Shown piece by piece: positions 6,340-6,836 of a stretch of 6,836 nt of DNA. The stretch lies in the IMG/VR virus record IMGVR_UViG_2547132127_000012. The stretch is one strand, 5' to 3'. Within the stretch, counting starts at the first letter, position 1. Every line of letters starts with the position of its first letter. Source of the stretch: a virus (lineage: Duplodnaviria; Heunggongvirae; Uroviricota; Caudoviricetes). The translations under genes were made by a program, and so were the position numbers. The notes under the pieces were generated by a model. That model saw nothing but the letters and a program-made list of their open reading frames with translations, searched no databases and was not told the origin of the DNA.

Positions 6340-6375
6340 TTAAGAATAGATGACGACGCCAGGTTTTCCAGTTTG
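6340..6375 (-). promoter_or_regulatory. Sigma-S-type promoter of sdsR
   Basis: On the minus strand, -14 to -4 relative to the proposed start (6336) reads TCTATTCTTAA, close to the sigma-S extended -10 consensus TCTATACTTAA including the -13 C. No clear -35, as is usual for sigma-S promoters. Confidence 0.5.
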
Positions 6376-6423
6376 CGTGCAAAATGGTCAATAAAAAGCG
6401 CGGTGGTCATCAGCTTAAATGTT

Positions 6424-6465
6424 AAAAACCGCCCGTTCTGGTGAAAGAACTGAGGCGGTTTTTTT
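6424..6465. terminator. Bidirectional intrinsic terminator between yebY (minus) and the sRNA locus
   Basis: Stem ccgcc (6429-6433) / ggcgg (6454-6458) with extension gttc/gaac, flanked by A5 (6424-6428) and T7 (6459-6465), so hairpin plus U-run is present on both strands. It lies 30 nt beyond the yebY stop. Confidence 0.75.
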
Positions 6466-6494
6466 ATTGGAAATCAAAAGGCTATTTTAGGTAA

Positions 6495-6836
6495 TTAACA
6501 GAGTTTTTCAGCTCGTTCTATAAACGGTGCCAGACTCATTTTTTCGCCGGGATTGTTAGGATCATCAATCTGAATCACCGAAATGGGTTGGGCATTGGTC
6601 TTCCCACTGGCAACTTCCTTTTGTGCGATATCGTTTAAAGGATACTGCACGAGGGTACTTGGGTTGATGACATACAAAGCATTACCCGGTCGGCAAGTCA
6701 GCATTACCTCTTCGCGATTAAACGCCCATTTGTCTTTACCCACTTCAAAACGACTCACGGTTATCACCTGTGGAGCCGCCAGCGCCGCTGCAGAACTGGT
6801 GAGTAACAGAAACGCCAGAATACTTTTTTTCATCAT
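6495..6836 (-). CDS. yebY: Small exported protein with Sec signal peptide ([20 protein letters not shown]|APQ), probably host protein YebY (DUF2511)
   Basis: 113-aa ORF with a typical n/h/c signal peptide and AxA cleavage motif. Its position next to sdsR/ryeA matches my recollection of the E. coli pphA-ryeA/sdsR-yebY neighbourhood. The ATG is at the window edge (6834-6836), so upstream signals are not visible. Confidence 0.8.
   Translation of the reverse strand: MMKKSILAFLLLTSSAAALAAPQVITVSRFEVGKDKWAFNREEVMLTCRPGNALYVINPSTLVQYPLNDIAQKEVASGKTNAQPISVIQIDDPNNPGEKMSLAPFIERAEKLC

Larger units (their letters stand above)
6156..6465 (+). ncRNA. ryeA: RyeA (SraC)-like antisense sRNA transcribed opposite SdsR; boundaries approximate
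   Basis: Established knowledge: RyeA is encoded antisense to SdsR at this locus. Here the only plus-strand signals are the candidate promoter at 6119-6148 and the terminator at 6429-6465. Both ends are inferred, and the 5' part may be altered by the prophage junction. Confidence 0.3.

Noticed and set aside
1-6836. CRISPR arrays, tRNA or rRNA genes
   Set aside because: No regularly spaced repeats of 24-48 bp, no cloverleaf-compatible segments and no rRNA-like conserved blocks were seen. The only short tandem repeat is the 2 x 10 bp at 6181-6200.

Overview
This window is the int-proximal arm of a lambdoid (lambda/Rac-type) prophage and its junction with the host chromosome at the sdsR(ryeB)/ryeA-yebY small-RNA locus. 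It is interrupted by two sequence-identical, directly oriented copies of an IS3-family element (IS600-like): copy 1 is cut by the window start (1..862), copy 2 is complete (3442..4705, 1264 bp, 3-bp GAT direct repeat on both flanks). Between the copies lies a tightly packed same-strand block: a 5'-truncated, highly acidic ORF (863..1789), a 90-aa ORF (1767..2039), a 365-aa RecA-fold P-loop ATPase (2069..3166) and a 62-aa lysine-rich ORF (3217..3405). Right of IS copy 2 are overlapping xis (4779..5060) and a lambda-family tyrosine integrase (5026..6102). Int converges on the 3' end of the host sRNA SdsR (minus strand, ~6235..6336), followed by a bidirectional terminator and a signal-peptide protein I take to be YebY (6495..6836, minus). 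The best candidate for something undescribed is the IS-flanked ATPase block; its function cannot be decided from sequence alone. All names rest on motifs and recollection of these families; no database search was run.
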